Assembly (NCBI RefSeq): GCF_016918565.1
Contig: NZ_JAFFQD010000005.1
Span: forward strand, 111,833-135,832
Direction of reading: 5' to 3'
DNA: 24,000 nucleotides
Source of the DNA: Desulfogranum marinum
Lineage (GTDB): Bacteria; Desulfobacterota; Desulfobulbia; Desulfobulbales; Desulfobulbaceae
Shown: positions 8,801 through 18,238 of the stretch, one piece after another
How positions within the stretch are numbered: the stretch's first letter is position 1
How the letters are laid out: every line of letters begins with the position of its first letter
The notes under the pieces: model-generated
The model's input: only the letters and a program-made list of their open reading frames with translations
Told to the model about the DNA's origin: nothing
Database searches by the model: none
Program-made: the position numbers and the translations under genes

Positions 8801-10116
8801 AAAAATTGACTGGGACCGTGTTTGGTGGTGTGGATCGGCCACTGCTGCTTTCTGTTCGATCCGGTTCGGCCATGTCCATGCCTGGCATGATGACTACCAT
8901 CCATAATGTGGGCACCAACGAGGAGCTGGTGGAGGAATTCGTCGCTCTGCATCCGGATTCGGCTGCTTTTGCCTGGGATAATTATCGTCGGTTTTTGCAG
9001 TCCTGGGGTATGTCTCACGGAATGGACCGGGAAGATTTTCAGGAGTTGATGAATGAGCAAAAAGAGCGGCAGAATGTCCGCTTGAAAAAAGATTTTTCTC
9101 CAGAGGCGATGCATGAGCTGGCACTGAGCTATCAGCAGGCGATCCGCAACCGGGGATATGGGATGCCGGAAGATCCCTGGCTGCAGCTTATCGGTGCGGT
9201 TGAAGTGGTACTGGATTCATGGAATGCTCATAAGGCAAAGGAATATCGGCGGTTAATGGATGTTTCAGACGACTGGGGAACAGCGGTGATTGTCCAGGCC
9301 ATGGTGTATGGTAACATTAGCCCCCAGGCCGGCAGTGGGGTGTTGTTTACCGCCCACCCTTACCGCAAGGTTCGTCGGGTTGCTCTTTGGGGAGATTATG
9401 CCCCTGGTGATCAGGGGGAGGATATTGTGTCCGGTTTGGTGACAAGTTATCCGGTTTCGGTTGAACAAGCTGAGCTTGATGGTCGTGATGAACGAAACAG
9501 CCTGGAATTGAGGTTTCCTGAAATTTATAACAGGTTGCGTGATATCAGCCGTGAACTGGTATACGAGAAGGGATGGAATCCCCAGGAGATTGAATTCACC
9601 TTTGAGGGGCCGGAACCGGAAAAACTCTATATCCTCCAGACCAGGGATATGATCACAATCAAGAAAAAAGAGCACCTTAACGTGTTTGTTGATAGCGATC
9701 TTGCCCATAATAACATTCTTACCAAGGGGATAGGTGTCTCCGGGTCAGCCATGTCGGGACGGGCAGTGTTTACCGAGGAGAACATTAAACAGTTACGCCA
9801 GGAAGAGGATGCCGGAGACCTTATTCTCCTTCGTCAGGATACTGTTCCGGAAGATATCCGGGAAATTTCCATGGTCGACGGGCTGATTACTTCCAGAGGG
9901 GGCCAGACATCTCATGCCTCCGTGGTGGCCACCCGGTTGGAAAAAACCTGTGTGGTTGGTTGTCGCGATATGGCGGTGTACGAAGCTGAGGAATATGCGG
10001 AAGTAAACGGATGTAGGATTAATTTTGGGGACCCTGTCTCCATTGATGGACGCCATGGTTTGTTGATAAAAGGCAATTATCCCTTGCAGGAAGAGATACA
10101 TATTCTGCCCTTGTAA
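5860..10116 (+). CDS. Large PPDK-related protein: ~915-aa uncharacterised N-terminal region plus PPDK-type nucleotide-binding (ATP-grasp) domain plus PEP-utilising-enzyme mobile phosphohistidine domain; no PEP/pyruvate-binding TIM barrel
   Basis: 1418 aa from ATG 5860 (GAGG 6 nt upstream; the TTG at 5848 is less likely). From about residue 920 it is colinear with pyruvate phosphate dikinase: [105 protein letters not shown] (His codon 9913-9915). The ORF ends about 65 aa after the catalytic His. Confidence 0.85.
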   Translation: MTSLGSSPAIESDALKANLQETAGEVEINPTYMPLYEIISGYKGLATKIETLLYEISHPYRNWKMLIPELRAFALKNLHHYRKHEQGPQSFALFTSIFFEALEDSYKNEQMVSRIIEALLAYADKLVASLGPESLPLYEQELNLFFNKLHRLDANRPDIMMFIVQGHHPVRKIAECVLSLWQEMEEKAFHLGELAILVQVILKRNYEYWLSEEDPLPWFEARCGEYCKNWHAGDYLVAISHKQIRIHQERLQQVDIVDDPETGLVTMAGLPNHMDIVRLYRSIPSHLVADPIDELEAHFIENRKLLFLFRIMETDGLRLIHEETLREINRSLVQLIRSQSFEEIERFFTTTFQLLKANVRRYPHTSLQCIQVIGNEVFKRGNSSLVEAFLWEAVRFGFQYANVRGVDEDWQPIANPAHLSNIRIWLNLIQQEPKWCATLFSALIINIRISGVCVKDTDLFQRDITDLLNHPIEPIYNLAKQFTKLMPVFFNEIGAEGELRDVSTEIDEIHKRKDLLIHFLRKQAHVESSNLIVGFIEAIFTFWITLDKTYLEDYLPIEVLEQVEESGLFVDDQHRLAQRIKEQLRFSRMEQILDWDDSDRQQFLAAQNDIAKDELKRFNLLVKMYKLLHQKYHLSLPELHLQLQYAIQNGFPELENLMDILAEDDPFQCLDALLGQLEHLRQVILSEERFEPNEEIYYKRHIAVDIPSVYGRYSERKFDSLGLTFRLESLANIYLERLFETVNLSFITQATFIHILKCLRFFSRALQIDGITSRRLDTYSNLLASSIGIKRFSYTQHLDIMRGLSEGVKDIIYAYYTNIHQNNLSIVVPQVGRENLLGKYCSLWDEENIPETVLRISESFFRELISTAFGLQHLDNFIGKIIQTLEAQKDILDEDTLDLLMSYNPEKAISALHDENMRTHNLIHLGNKGFNLVVMARDEKPVPPAFIITTEIFRCYEAVRKFDRARDEFMQRVRGSITEIEKLTGTVFGGVDRPLLLSVRSGSAMSMPGMMTTIHNVGTNEELVEEFVALHPDSAAFAWDNYRRFLQSWGMSHGMDREDFQELMNEQKERQNVRLKKDFSPEAMHELALSYQQAIRNRGYGMPEDPWLQLIGAVEVVLDSWNAHKAKEYRRLMDVSDDWGTAVIVQAMVYGNISPQAGSGVLFTAHPYRKVRRVALWGDYAPGDQGEDIVSGLVTSYPVSVEQAELDGRDERNSLELRFPEIYNRLRDISRELVYEKGWNPQEIEFTFEGPEPEKLYILQTRDMITIKKKEHLNVFVDSDLAHNNILTKGIGVSGSAMSGRAVFTEENIKQLRQEEDAGDLILLRQDTVPEDIREISMVDGLITSRGGQTSHASVVATRLEKTCVVGCRDMAVYEAEEYAEVNGCRINFGDPVSIDGRHGLLIKGNYPLQEEIHILPL

Positions 10117-10171
10117 TGTGAAGAGGGGAGAAGCTGTGAAAAGCAGTTATTTGGTGGACAAAGGATATAAG

Positions 10172-13084
10172 ATGATACATGCAGCAGGGAATTCGCCCTA
10201 TGTAATAACGGTTACCGACATGACCTGTGAGCATTGTGAAAAAAGGGTACATGATATTATCAGTGCGGTGGAAGGGGTCTGTAAAGTTGAGGTCGATCTT
10301 GCCGGCGGCAAAGTAACTGTTACCGGAGGGGTAGAGCAGGACGTCGTGGCAGCTGTAAAGGAAGGAGGCTACCAGGCCTCTTCCCTGGAGAGCGATCCGG
10401 GGGGCGTGCAACAGGTGGTTAAAGGAGCTGGTAGACAAGGACGTGATAGTTTTATGGTGCATGTCGCTGACATGAGCTGTTCCAGCTGCGTGCATGCTGT
10501 AGAGAAAGCAGCGTTGAGTACGGATGGTGTGGTCAAAGCCGAGGCTGATCTGCTTGCCAAAAACGTTTTGGTAGCAGGAGGCAATCCGGATGCTGTGATT
10601 GCAGCCATTCGTGACCGTGGTTATCAGGCTGAGGCAGTGCCCAGGAAAAAGAGCGTGTCCGGTGAGGGGGAATACTGGCTTTCTGTCCGTGATATGACCT
10701 GCTCAAGTTGCGTGCATAATGTTGAACAGGCAGCGCAAGCGGTGAGCGGAGTACAGAGTGCCCAAGTGAGCCTGCTGGAAAAGAAGGTAAGGGTTGTTGG
10801 CGGTGATCCGGCAGCGGTGGTCGCAGCCATTATAGAGCATGGGTATGATGCATCCTTGCCCGAAGGAGCACCGACTGCCGGGAGTTTTATTATCCGTTTT
10901 ACCAACAGGCTCGGTGAACAGGAAAAAAGTAAGATCCGGGAAATTATCCAAAGAGAAGACGGTGAGGCTGATCTGCAGATGTTCGCCGACCACTTTTTGG
11001 TTACCACAACTGCTCATCCTGCAGACGTTTTCTTTGCGCTGAACGATGCGGGCCTTGCCGGTGTTATGGAAGAGACCTATGTCGATCCTCACTTGCAACA
11101 GGCTGCGGAAAGTCGAAAAGAGATTGTTCGTTCATGGCAGCGAGCTGTAGTCGCGGCTGGGGTGGGGGCTGTAATTATGGTTGGGCATATGGGCGGTTTT
11201 TTCCCTGCTGTACAGGACAATCAGTGGTTCTGGGGCGGTATCGCTTTGCTTTGTCTCTTCACCATGTGGTTCAGCGGTCGCACCTATTATGTAACAGCCT
11301 GGAAAATGGCCCGCCATTTTTCTTCCAATATGGATACCCTGGTAGCCCTGGGAACAGCTGCTGCATGGAGTGCGTCGGTACTGGTCATCATTAATCCTGA
11401 TTTTTTACCGGGGCAGGCCAGCCACCTCTACCTGGATGCCTCGGTGATGATTCTGGCCTTTTTACAACTGGGGCATGGTTTGGAGGTAAGGGCCAAAAGA
11501 AAAACCAGTGAAGCTATCGGTTCCCTGGTGGGGTTGCAGGCCAAGACAGGGCACCTGCAACGGTCGGAAAGGACGGTTGATGTACCTGCTTCCCTCATTC
11601 GGCCGGATGACTTACTTCGGGTAAGGCCTGGTGAAAAGATACCCACCGATGGTGTGATAGAGGAAGGCGGGTCAACGGTTGATGAGTCTATGCTTACCGG
11701 TGAGCCGCTGGCAGTGAAAAAAAATGTCGGGGACAGTGTAACCGGCGGGACCATCAACCGGGCAGGTACTTTTCTTTTCCGGGTAACAAAAAACAGCGAT
11801 GAGACTGCTCTTTCCCAGATTATCAGCATGGTAAAAGCGGCACAGCTTTCCAAACCGCCCATCGGGAGACTGGTCGATAAGGTGGCTGCCGTTTTTGTAC
11901 CTTGTGTAATTGCTATTGCCATTGTGACTTTCGGCATCTGGTACCTGGTGGGTCCGGAACCGAGTCCGGCCTTTGCCTTGACAGCAGGTATCGCCGTACT
12001 GGTTATCGCCTGTCCCTGTTCTCTTGGCCTGGCCACCCCTATTGCGATCATGGTGGGCATGAGCAGGGCTGCTGAATGTAATGTGTTAATCAGAAACTCT
12101 GAAGCACTGCAGACCGCCTCCTCTTTGACCCATATTGTTGTCGATAAAACCGGTACCCTCACCAGGGGCAAACCAACTGTGACTCGGGTGGTCTCAGCGG
12201 GATCGGCCACAGAAGAGGAAATTTTACAGTTGGCGGCTAGTCTTGAGATACACTCCGAGCACCCCCTGGCCGAGGCAGTACTGGATGCATCTGCCGGTAA
12301 AAAAGTAATTCCTGATAGGTTGACTGATTTTACAGCCGTGGCTGGTCGGGGGGTAAAAGCGCGCAATAAAGAAGAATGGGTGTACCTTGGAAACCATCAT
12401 CTGATGGCAGAACAAGGGGCCGCTCTTGATCCGCAATTACGCACTATTGCCAATGAAGAAGCTACCCTTGGCGGCACACCGATTTGGCTTGGACAAGGGC
12501 AAACAGTAGTGGGGTTACTTATTTTAAAAGATCCATTGCGCAAAGATTCGATTGAGGCCGTCAGCCAGCTGCAACATCGTGGCATTCAAGTGGTGATGTG
12601 TACCGGGGATAACCGGAAAACAGCAGACGCAGTGGCTGAACAGCTTGGCATTTCCATGGTGCACAGTGAAGTGCTGCCCCAGGAAAAGCAGGATGTCGTC
12701 AAGACGCTGCAGGATCAGGGGGCATTGGTCGGTATGGTCGGTGACGGGGTCAACGATGCTCCGGCGCTTGCCCAGGCAGATACAGGGTTTGCCATCGGCA
12801 GCGGCACCGACGTGGCCATAGAAAATGCTGATATCACCCTGACCGGTGATTCCCTGCAACACGTTGCCGCCGCTGTTGCCATATCGCGTGCTACTTTGCG
12901 CAACATAAAGCAAAATCTCTTTGGAGCCTTTGTCTATAACGCGCTCGGTATTCCACTGGCTGCCGGGCTCTTTTTTCCTTTCACAGGCTGGCTGCTGGAG
13001 CCCATGTTTGCCAGTGCTGCCATGGCCTTGTCTTCGGTCACTGTTGTTACCAACGCTAACCGGCTTCGCTTTTTTAAACCATAA
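10172..13084 (+). CDS. copA: Copper-translocating P1B-type ATPase with three N-terminal CxxC heavy-metal-associated domains
   Basis: 970 aa from ATG 10172 (AAGGA 6 nt upstream; alternative in-frame GTG 10136 after GAGGGGAG, or GTG 10118). HMA motifs MTCEHC, MSCSSC, MTCSSC. TM CPC motif ([13 protein letters not shown]). [27 protein letters not shown]. Confidence 0.9.
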   Translation: MIHAAGNSPYVITVTDMTCEHCEKRVHDIISAVEGVCKVEVDLAGGKVTVTGGVEQDVVAAVKEGGYQASSLESDPGGVQQVVKGAGRQGRDSFMVHVADMSCSSCVHAVEKAALSTDGVVKAEADLLAKNVLVAGGNPDAVIAAIRDRGYQAEAVPRKKSVSGEGEYWLSVRDMTCSSCVHNVEQAAQAVSGVQSAQVSLLEKKVRVVGGDPAAVVAAIIEHGYDASLPEGAPTAGSFIIRFTNRLGEQEKSKIREIIQREDGEADLQMFADHFLVTTTAHPADVFFALNDAGLAGVMEETYVDPHLQQAAESRKEIVRSWQRAVVAAGVGAVIMVGHMGGFFPAVQDNQWFWGGIALLCLFTMWFSGRTYYVTAWKMARHFSSNMDTLVALGTAAAWSASVLVIINPDFLPGQASHLYLDASVMILAFLQLGHGLEVRAKRKTSEAIGSLVGLQAKTGHLQRSERTVDVPASLIRPDDLLRVRPGEKIPTDGVIEEGGSTVDESMLTGEPLAVKKNVGDSVTGGTINRAGTFLFRVTKNSDETALSQIISMVKAAQLSKPPIGRLVDKVAAVFVPCVIAIAIVTFGIWYLVGPEPSPAFALTAGIAVLVIACPCSLGLATPIAIMVGMSRAAECNVLIRNSEALQTASSLTHIVVDKTGTLTRGKPTVTRVVSAGSATEEEILQLAASLEIHSEHPLAEAVLDASAGKKVIPDRLTDFTAVAGRGVKARNKEEWVYLGNHHLMAEQGAALDPQLRTIANEEATLGGTPIWLGQGQTVVGLLILKDPLRKDSIEAVSQLQHRGIQVVMCTGDNRKTADAVAEQLGISMVHSEVLPQEKQDVVKTLQDQGALVGMVGDGVNDAPALAQADTGFAIGSGTDVAIENADITLTGDSLQHVAAAVAISRATLRNIKQNLFGAFVYNALGIPLAAGLFFPFTGWLLEPMFASAAMALSSVTVVTNANRLRFFKP

Positions 13085-13096
13085 TAAGACGTCCAT

Positions 13097-13954
13097 ATGC
13101 ACACGCTTTACGAACGGATCACCTATCTCTTTGATCCACTGCATGCCTTTTATGAACACGAGAATCTTCACCGTAAACTTTCGACGGTTCTCGTGTTCCT
13201 TTTTTTGGTCAGTCTGCTGGTTATTGAATTGAACCGGAGACATTTTTTACCGGTTCCACTGGCAGGAATGCTTCCTGCCAACCACTTTTATGCAGTGCAG
13301 ATGGCTTTTTCCATTATCCTTGTATTGGAGGTGATCAGCCTGATTTTTGTTCTGCCCTGTTCTTTTTCCAGGTCGCTTGGCAAACAGTTTGAGATACTCT
13401 CCCTTATTCTGATCCGTAATGCCTTTAAAGAGCTTTCTTACTTTCCCGAACCAATCACCTATCTGGGAAATGAGGAAAAAATTCTCCATATTCTTTCCAA
13501 TGGATTTGGCGCCCTGCTTATTTTCGCCTTGCTGGGAGTGTATTACAAGATTCAGGTCCGGGCAGAGGAACAAAGTAAGCCCATGGATATTTTAGGTTTT
13601 GTGGCAGCTAAAAAAGGAATTTCCCTGCTGTTGCTGGCTGCATTTGTTATTATGGGAGGGTATTCCGTTGTACAGAACAGCGTAGGGGAGGGGCATGTAG
13701 ATTTCTTTCACGATTTTTATACCCTGCTCATCCTTACCGATATTCTTATCGTTCTTATTTCCCAGTGTTTTCATCCGTCCGCCAAGTTTGTGTTTCGCAA
13801 TTCCGGTTATGCGCTGTCAACCCTGATGATCCGTATTGCCTTGGTGGCACCGGTATATTTTAATGTGTTACTTGGCGGTGCGGCCATTGGTTTTGCGATT
13901 CTTCTTTCTCTGATCAGTAATCATCTCTTTCCTGAAACAGTACACAGGGGATAG
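13097..13954 (+). CDS. Polytopic inner-membrane protein of unknown function (at least six hydrophobic segments)
   Basis: 285 aa starting 12 nt after the copA stop. Hydrophobic helices include LSTVLVFLFLVSLLVIEL, FYAVQMAFSIILVLEVISLIFVL, FGALLIFALLGVYY, ISLLLLAAFVIMGGY, YTLLILTDILIVLISQCF, AAIGFAILLSLI. I could not recognise any family motif. Confidence 0.65.
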   Translation: MHTLYERITYLFDPLHAFYEHENLHRKLSTVLVFLFLVSLLVIELNRRHFLPVPLAGMLPANHFYAVQMAFSIILVLEVISLIFVLPCSFSRSLGKQFEILSLILIRNAFKELSYFPEPITYLGNEEKILHILSNGFGALLIFALLGVYYKIQVRAEEQSKPMDILGFVAAKKGISLLLLAAFVIMGGYSVVQNSVGEGHVDFFHDFYTLLILTDILIVLISQCFHPSAKFVFRNSGYALSTLMIRIALVAPVYFNVLLGGAAIGFAILLSLISNHLFPETVHRG

Positions 13955-14031
13955 TTTGCAGCGACCCTGAGCCTTGTGAGATGGCCTAGCCAAAGGTCAG
14001 TCCATCCAGCATTATTTTTTTCAGTATTTCG

Positions 14032-14094
14032 GTAATGAATATAGTCTACTGTCGGAGTCTGCGCTTACCATAGTCTACGCTTCCTATTCATTAC
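14032..14094. repeat. Structured intergenic element: 10-bp inverted repeat enclosing two 9-nt direct repeats
   Basis: GTAATGAATA (14032-14041) / TATTCATTAC (14085-14094). ATAGTCTAC occurs at 14041-14049 and 14070-14078. The central core CGGAGTCTGCGCTTACC (14053-14069) recurs with 1 mismatch at 18301-18317. Confidence 0.45.
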
Positions 14095-14145
14095 ATTTCT
14101 GAAAACTTTGAACCTGAGGTTGCCTGAACTGACGAGAGATCCAAG

Positions 14146-16908
14146 CTAGAGGTATCTGTCCGCTTGGTCTTCTTGCCCTTTGATGGGTTGTTTGGGAATT
14201 TTTTCGGCAGGTACTGGTGTTTGTCTTTCCACTGGGGCAGGTAATATCGGCTGCCAGTTGAGCCACTCTTCATTGAGGGTTGCTTCCAGTTTGAAATGGT
14301 CGCCATCTTGGGCAGGAATGCCTATGGATTCGTCATCAGGGGTTGCCAAAGAAATTCCGCCTTTGAGTAGGGCCTCAACCGATTCCGTGCTTATCTGCAG
14401 ACCGCTGAATACGCCACCGCTTACCTGCACTCCGCTGGAGTTCCAGAATTTTGTCCCCTTGTAGATAAGTTCTTCATATTGTGGGGTAATGTTGACCTGC
14501 ACCCAGACGGATTGACGGGTCGGTGACAGCGAAAAACCAGTGACCCGGCCAACCTGTATCTGCCTGTAGTGGACGGGACTGCCCTTGGACAGTGAGCCCA
14601 GGCGTGCTGTTTCAAGAACAATGTTCAAGCCCGGTAGTGTTTTGATCTTTTCAGGCGGAGCATTGAGGACACGGAAAGTTGTTTGCAATGGACCCTTGCC
14701 CGCATGAACGGCAATATACGGACCAGAGAGCAGCGTATTAAGATTTTGAACACCTTGCAGGGTAATTGAAGGCTGAACAAGCCATACAGAGGATGTGCTT
14801 CGAAAAAATTTGACCGCATCTTGTTGAATGTGTGCTGTTGCGAGAATCCCTTTACCATCAGGTGAGATGTCGATAGAGGTGATGGTGCCGACTACAATTC
14901 CTTGATAGGTAATTTTGGTTTGCAGAGAAATCCCGGTGGCGTCGTTGAGGAAGAGCGTAATCTGCGTATCATCTGTATGTAAAGCAGCATGGTAGTTTTT
15001 ATACAGCTGAAATTGGTGGGAGTCAGTTACTGCTGCCCCCTCTCCCGGCGAGAAAAAAGTTATCCCGCCCGATATAACAGAGTCAATGGGGCCTGCCTGC
15101 ATATCAATTCCTTGCAAAGAGGCCCTGATCTGTATTCCTGAAAGATTATAGAACCTGGAGGTAGAAGTGACCAGATGAGCATATTTTTTATCGATAAGTA
15201 CATCTATCACGACCTCATCACTCTCTGGTTGCGGGGTGAACTTGAGTGATTTGCCAACTTTTATATTGTTATACAGAACAGGTGAACCAACAGAGAGCGG
15301 TGGCATTTCGGCAGTGGAGATCTTGAGGTGCAGGCCGGGAGGCTCTAAAAAAGGATTGGCTTGAACTGCCTCGCTAAAATCATCATACAGTGGAAAACTG
15401 TGGTTTTGGTCAGGAATAACTGCCTGCTGCCCCTCAGGCACGGGCGGAGATATAAAGGCGATGCCACCGGCGAGCATTGTTTGTAAGGAGGCAAGGTTAA
15501 CCTTAAAGTGAGAAAGGCTCCCGCCGATCTGCACTCCCGATACATTCCAGAAAATGGTTTTGGCATGGATGAGCTTGTCATAAGGTTTATAAAGCATGAG
15601 ACTGATCTGTACGCCTTTGTTTTTCGGCGACAGGGTAATGTCTAGAATTTCTCCGACTTTGAGTTGCTTGAAAAGAACCGGGGCCCCTCTCTCAAGCGAA
15701 CCGCTGTCAGATGCTTCCAGCCGAAATGTCGTTCCCTCGCGCATAACCTGATTGGGCATGGGATCAGGTTCTTCTTTGAAGTCGTTTAAGTATTCACCCT
15801 TACCAACCCTGAAGGTGATAAAATTTCCTCCCACCAAGGTCTCTATGTTGCGTATCCCCGTGATACTCACCTCCGGTTTTATAACCCAGAATTTGGTTGT
15901 TTCCCGCAAAATAGGTTCAGCCCTGGGGTCGAGAAGGATGTGAGCGGTGACCGTATGGAAAGAATCATGATTAAAGGTGAGACCTTTCACCACCCCAACC
16001 TTTAACCCCCTGTATCGTACTTCTGTTTTACCGGGAGCGATACCGTCGCCTGAGTTAAGCTGCAGGGTCATTGGTATACCGTATTCTGCAGATTCAAAAT
16101 CCTTGTAGAGGATGAAATGGCTGTTTGTTGCAGCAGGGCTGGTTGTTTGTAGAGAATCATGGGTGGCGCATGTTATGCCGCCGTAAAGGAGCGATGCCAT
16201 TGATTCTATGTTGACAGTCAGCCCCTGACGCAGATTACCGGTTAAAGAGAGGCCTGATGCGTTCCAGAAGCGAGTACCATTTTTTATGAGATGGGCAAAT
16301 TGGGGCTGTACATAGGCACTGAATAGGATTTTGCCGTTATCCTGCAATGCATAGTCTTCTATCTGACCGATTTGTAGGTTTTTTGTGTAAATATGGGATC
16401 CCCGCTGCAGCGAGTACAGGGTATCCGATTCCAGGGTAAAGCGTAGTCCTGGAGTGGCTTGGTCAAGTGGAGGCGGGACTTCGAGACCCTGGAAATGGGT
16501 TGTTGTTTCCGTTGATTTTCCCTTTTGGGTGCCGATATAAGAACCGCTTACGAGTGTTTCAATGCCGCTGATACGACCGGCAGAGACTTCGGCTTTGACA
16601 ATCCAGAAGGCCGTATCCTTTACGAGGAGAGCATCTGAGCGGTTCTCCATTTCAATGATCAGATTGACGCCCTGCATATCGTCGTCAATCTCTATCTTTT
16701 TTACTGTTCCAATGGGAATACCCTTGAAGATAACTTTTGTCTTTCCTGGAGTGATGCCTTCCGCATTTTCAAAATGAACATGGATGTCAATTCCGGCGTC
16801 ACGGAAACTGGTATATAGCAGCCAGCTGCCGATGCAGAGTGCTACAAAAGGAAGAATCCATATGGGGGAAAGGATGCGTTTATGACGTTGTATGGGGTCC
16901 TGTATCAT
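14146..16908 (-). CDS. letB: Seven-MCE-domain envelope-spanning lipid transport protein, LetB/YebT-like (PqiB/MlaD family)
   Basis: 920 aa with N-terminal TM (ILSPIWILPFVALCIGSWLLYTSF). Seven reiterations of the MCE pattern (e.g. GITPGKTKVIFKGIPIGTVKKIEI; LQRGSHIYTKNLQIGQIEDYAL; IAPGKTEVRYRGLKVGVVKGLTF; LERGAPVLFKQLKVGEILDITL; LSVGSPVLYNNIKVGKSLKFT; LQTKITYQGIVVGTITSIDI; LSKGSPVHYRQIQVGRVTGFSL), each followed by FW..SG. GAGG RBS; sits 8 nt downstream of the pqiA-like gene. The symbol is assigned by architecture, not orthology. Confidence 0.8.
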   Translation of the reverse strand: MIQDPIQRHKRILSPIWILPFVALCIGSWLLYTSFRDAGIDIHVHFENAEGITPGKTKVIFKGIPIGTVKKIEIDDDMQGVNLIIEMENRSDALLVKDTAFWIVKAEVSAGRISGIETLVSGSYIGTQKGKSTETTTHFQGLEVPPPLDQATPGLRFTLESDTLYSLQRGSHIYTKNLQIGQIEDYALQDNGKILFSAYVQPQFAHLIKNGTRFWNASGLSLTGNLRQGLTVNIESMASLLYGGITCATHDSLQTTSPAATNSHFILYKDFESAEYGIPMTLQLNSGDGIAPGKTEVRYRGLKVGVVKGLTFNHDSFHTVTAHILLDPRAEPILRETTKFWVIKPEVSITGIRNIETLVGGNFITFRVGKGEYLNDFKEEPDPMPNQVMREGTTFRLEASDSGSLERGAPVLFKQLKVGEILDITLSPKNKGVQISLMLYKPYDKLIHAKTIFWNVSGVQIGGSLSHFKVNLASLQTMLAGGIAFISPPVPEGQQAVIPDQNHSFPLYDDFSEAVQANPFLEPPGLHLKISTAEMPPLSVGSPVLYNNIKVGKSLKFTPQPESDEVVIDVLIDKKYAHLVTSTSRFYNLSGIQIRASLQGIDMQAGPIDSVISGGITFFSPGEGAAVTDSHQFQLYKNYHAALHTDDTQITLFLNDATGISLQTKITYQGIVVGTITSIDISPDGKGILATAHIQQDAVKFFRSTSSVWLVQPSITLQGVQNLNTLLSGPYIAVHAGKGPLQTTFRVLNAPPEKIKTLPGLNIVLETARLGSLSKGSPVHYRQIQVGRVTGFSLSPTRQSVWVQVNITPQYEELIYKGTKFWNSSGVQVSGGVFSGLQISTESVEALLKGGISLATPDDESIGIPAQDGDHFKLEATLNEEWLNWQPILPAPVERQTPVPAEKIPKQPIKGQEDQADRYL

Positions 16909-16916
16909 TGATTACC

Positions 16917-18209
16917 TCAGGAAGTAGACTCACAATTGTCCCAGAGCAGTCGTGTATCAAAGGTGACGGCAGCAAGCATGGTGGAAACAACAACACATGT
17001 AAAATAGAAGGCAGCCGGAGCGGTGGAAATGGTTGAAAGAAAACCGAATTGTACCAGGGTGCAGAGTAAGGCGATGACAAAAATATCAAGCATGGACCAA
17101 CGACCGATGAATTCAATTAATCGAAACATGGTGGTTTTTCGGCGTAGTCCTGTGTGCCATTGAAAATGGATGGAAAGGAGAATAATACTCAGGCCGATTA
17201 TTTTAAAGAGGGGAACCAGGATTGAGGCCGTTAAGATAATAATCCCGATGCCATAGGAGCCGTCTTGGAAAAAATAAACAATACCATCCAAAATGGTTGA
17301 ACGTTCGGGGACACCAAAGTATTCGACCTCCATGATGGGGAGTATATTGGCCGGAAAGGTGAAAAGAACAGCTGTGCAGAGGAGAGCCCAGGTACGCATA
17401 ATGCTGTTCTTTTTTCGATGGTGGAGTTTTTCTCCGCATCGAGGGCACTTTGAGTGAGATGGTGTATTCTCGTTGTCTGACCACACTATTTTATGACAGG
17501 TATGGCAGACAAGATGGCTTGCTCCACGGCTGTTGGATCCGGGTGATGTTAGGGGGTCCGGCGGGGATGGGCTCGTTTTGGCGCAGGTCGGTTCCAGTAA
17601 TGACCAGAAGAGTTTTCTGTCGCTGGCTGTTTGGGAAGCAATGGTAACAACAACAAGAAAGACAAAACAGAAAAAGCCTAGATTGAGATTGATTTCCGCA
17701 GAGTGGGCCATCTTGATGATTGTAATCAATATGCCGACCAGAAAAACATCGGTCATAGCCCATTCACGTAGATGGTTGTAGTGCCGAAACATCCATGGCA
17801 TCCATTTTTTTTGGTGATCCGTGAGAAGACCGAAAGAAACTACACAGAGACTTAACAGAGTGAAAAAAGGAAAAATAACGGCGGTCAAAAGAACGATGAA
17901 GCCCACAAAGAATTGCTGCTGAACAAACAGGCTGAAGATTGCATAGATGATGGACGAGGAGGACTCTGTACCGAGGATGCCCATGGTCAGCAAAGGGAGA
18001 AAGAGTGCGGGAATATAAAGCAGGAGCGCTGTCAGGCTAAGGGAAAAGGTTTTAACAATGGAATTGTGTTTATCCCTGTGGAGCAGTTCATTACATCTGG
18101 GGCACAGCGCAGCATGGTTTTCTCGTGCAGTCGTACCGCTAAGCAGCAGATCGCAGCTGGGGCACGCCGTTACGGTTGTATTGAGGGAGGGCTGAGTGGT
18201 TTTGTTCAC
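16917..18209 (-). CDS. letA: PqiA/LetA (YebS)-family integral membrane protein, duplicated module each preceded by a Cys4 zinc-ribbon motif
   Basis: 430 aa with GTG start. CPSCDLL..(N19)..CPRCNELL and CHTCHKIV..(N14)..CPRCGEKL, each followed by about 4 TM helices. Immediately upstream of the MCE gene, as in pqiAB/letAB. Confidence 0.8.
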   Translation of the reverse strand: MNKTTQPSLNTTVTACPSCDLLLSGTTARENHAALCPRCNELLHRDKHNSIVKTFSLSLTALLLYIPALFLPLLTMGILGTESSSSIIYAIFSLFVQQQFFVGFIVLLTAVIFPFFTLLSLCVVSFGLLTDHQKKWMPWMFRHYNHLREWAMTDVFLVGILITIIKMAHSAEINLNLGFFCFVFLVVVTIASQTASDRKLFWSLLEPTCAKTSPSPPDPLTSPGSNSRGASHLVCHTCHKIVWSDNENTPSHSKCPRCGEKLHHRKKNSIMRTWALLCTAVLFTFPANILPIMEVEYFGVPERSTILDGIVYFFQDGSYGIGIIILTASILVPLFKIIGLSIILLSIHFQWHTGLRRKTTMFRLIEFIGRWSMLDIFVIALLCTLVQFGFLSTISTAPAAFYFTCVVVSTMLAAVTFDTRLLWDNCESTS

Positions 18210-18238
18210 GTAGGCTACGAGGTGCTAGAGTAGATTTT

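Noticed and set aside
8092-9114. 340-aa minus-strand ORF inside the dikinase-like gene
   Set aside because: It is antisense to the region with the strongest PPDK motif conservation on the plus strand. Its own sequence is low-information (H/K/R/Q-rich), with no motifs, start context or RBS.
11428-13243. 312-aa and 239-aa minus-strand ORFs antisense to copA
   Set aside because: They overlap the CPC, DKTGT and GDGVNDAP motif regions of an unambiguous P-type ATPase, so they are shadow ORFs.
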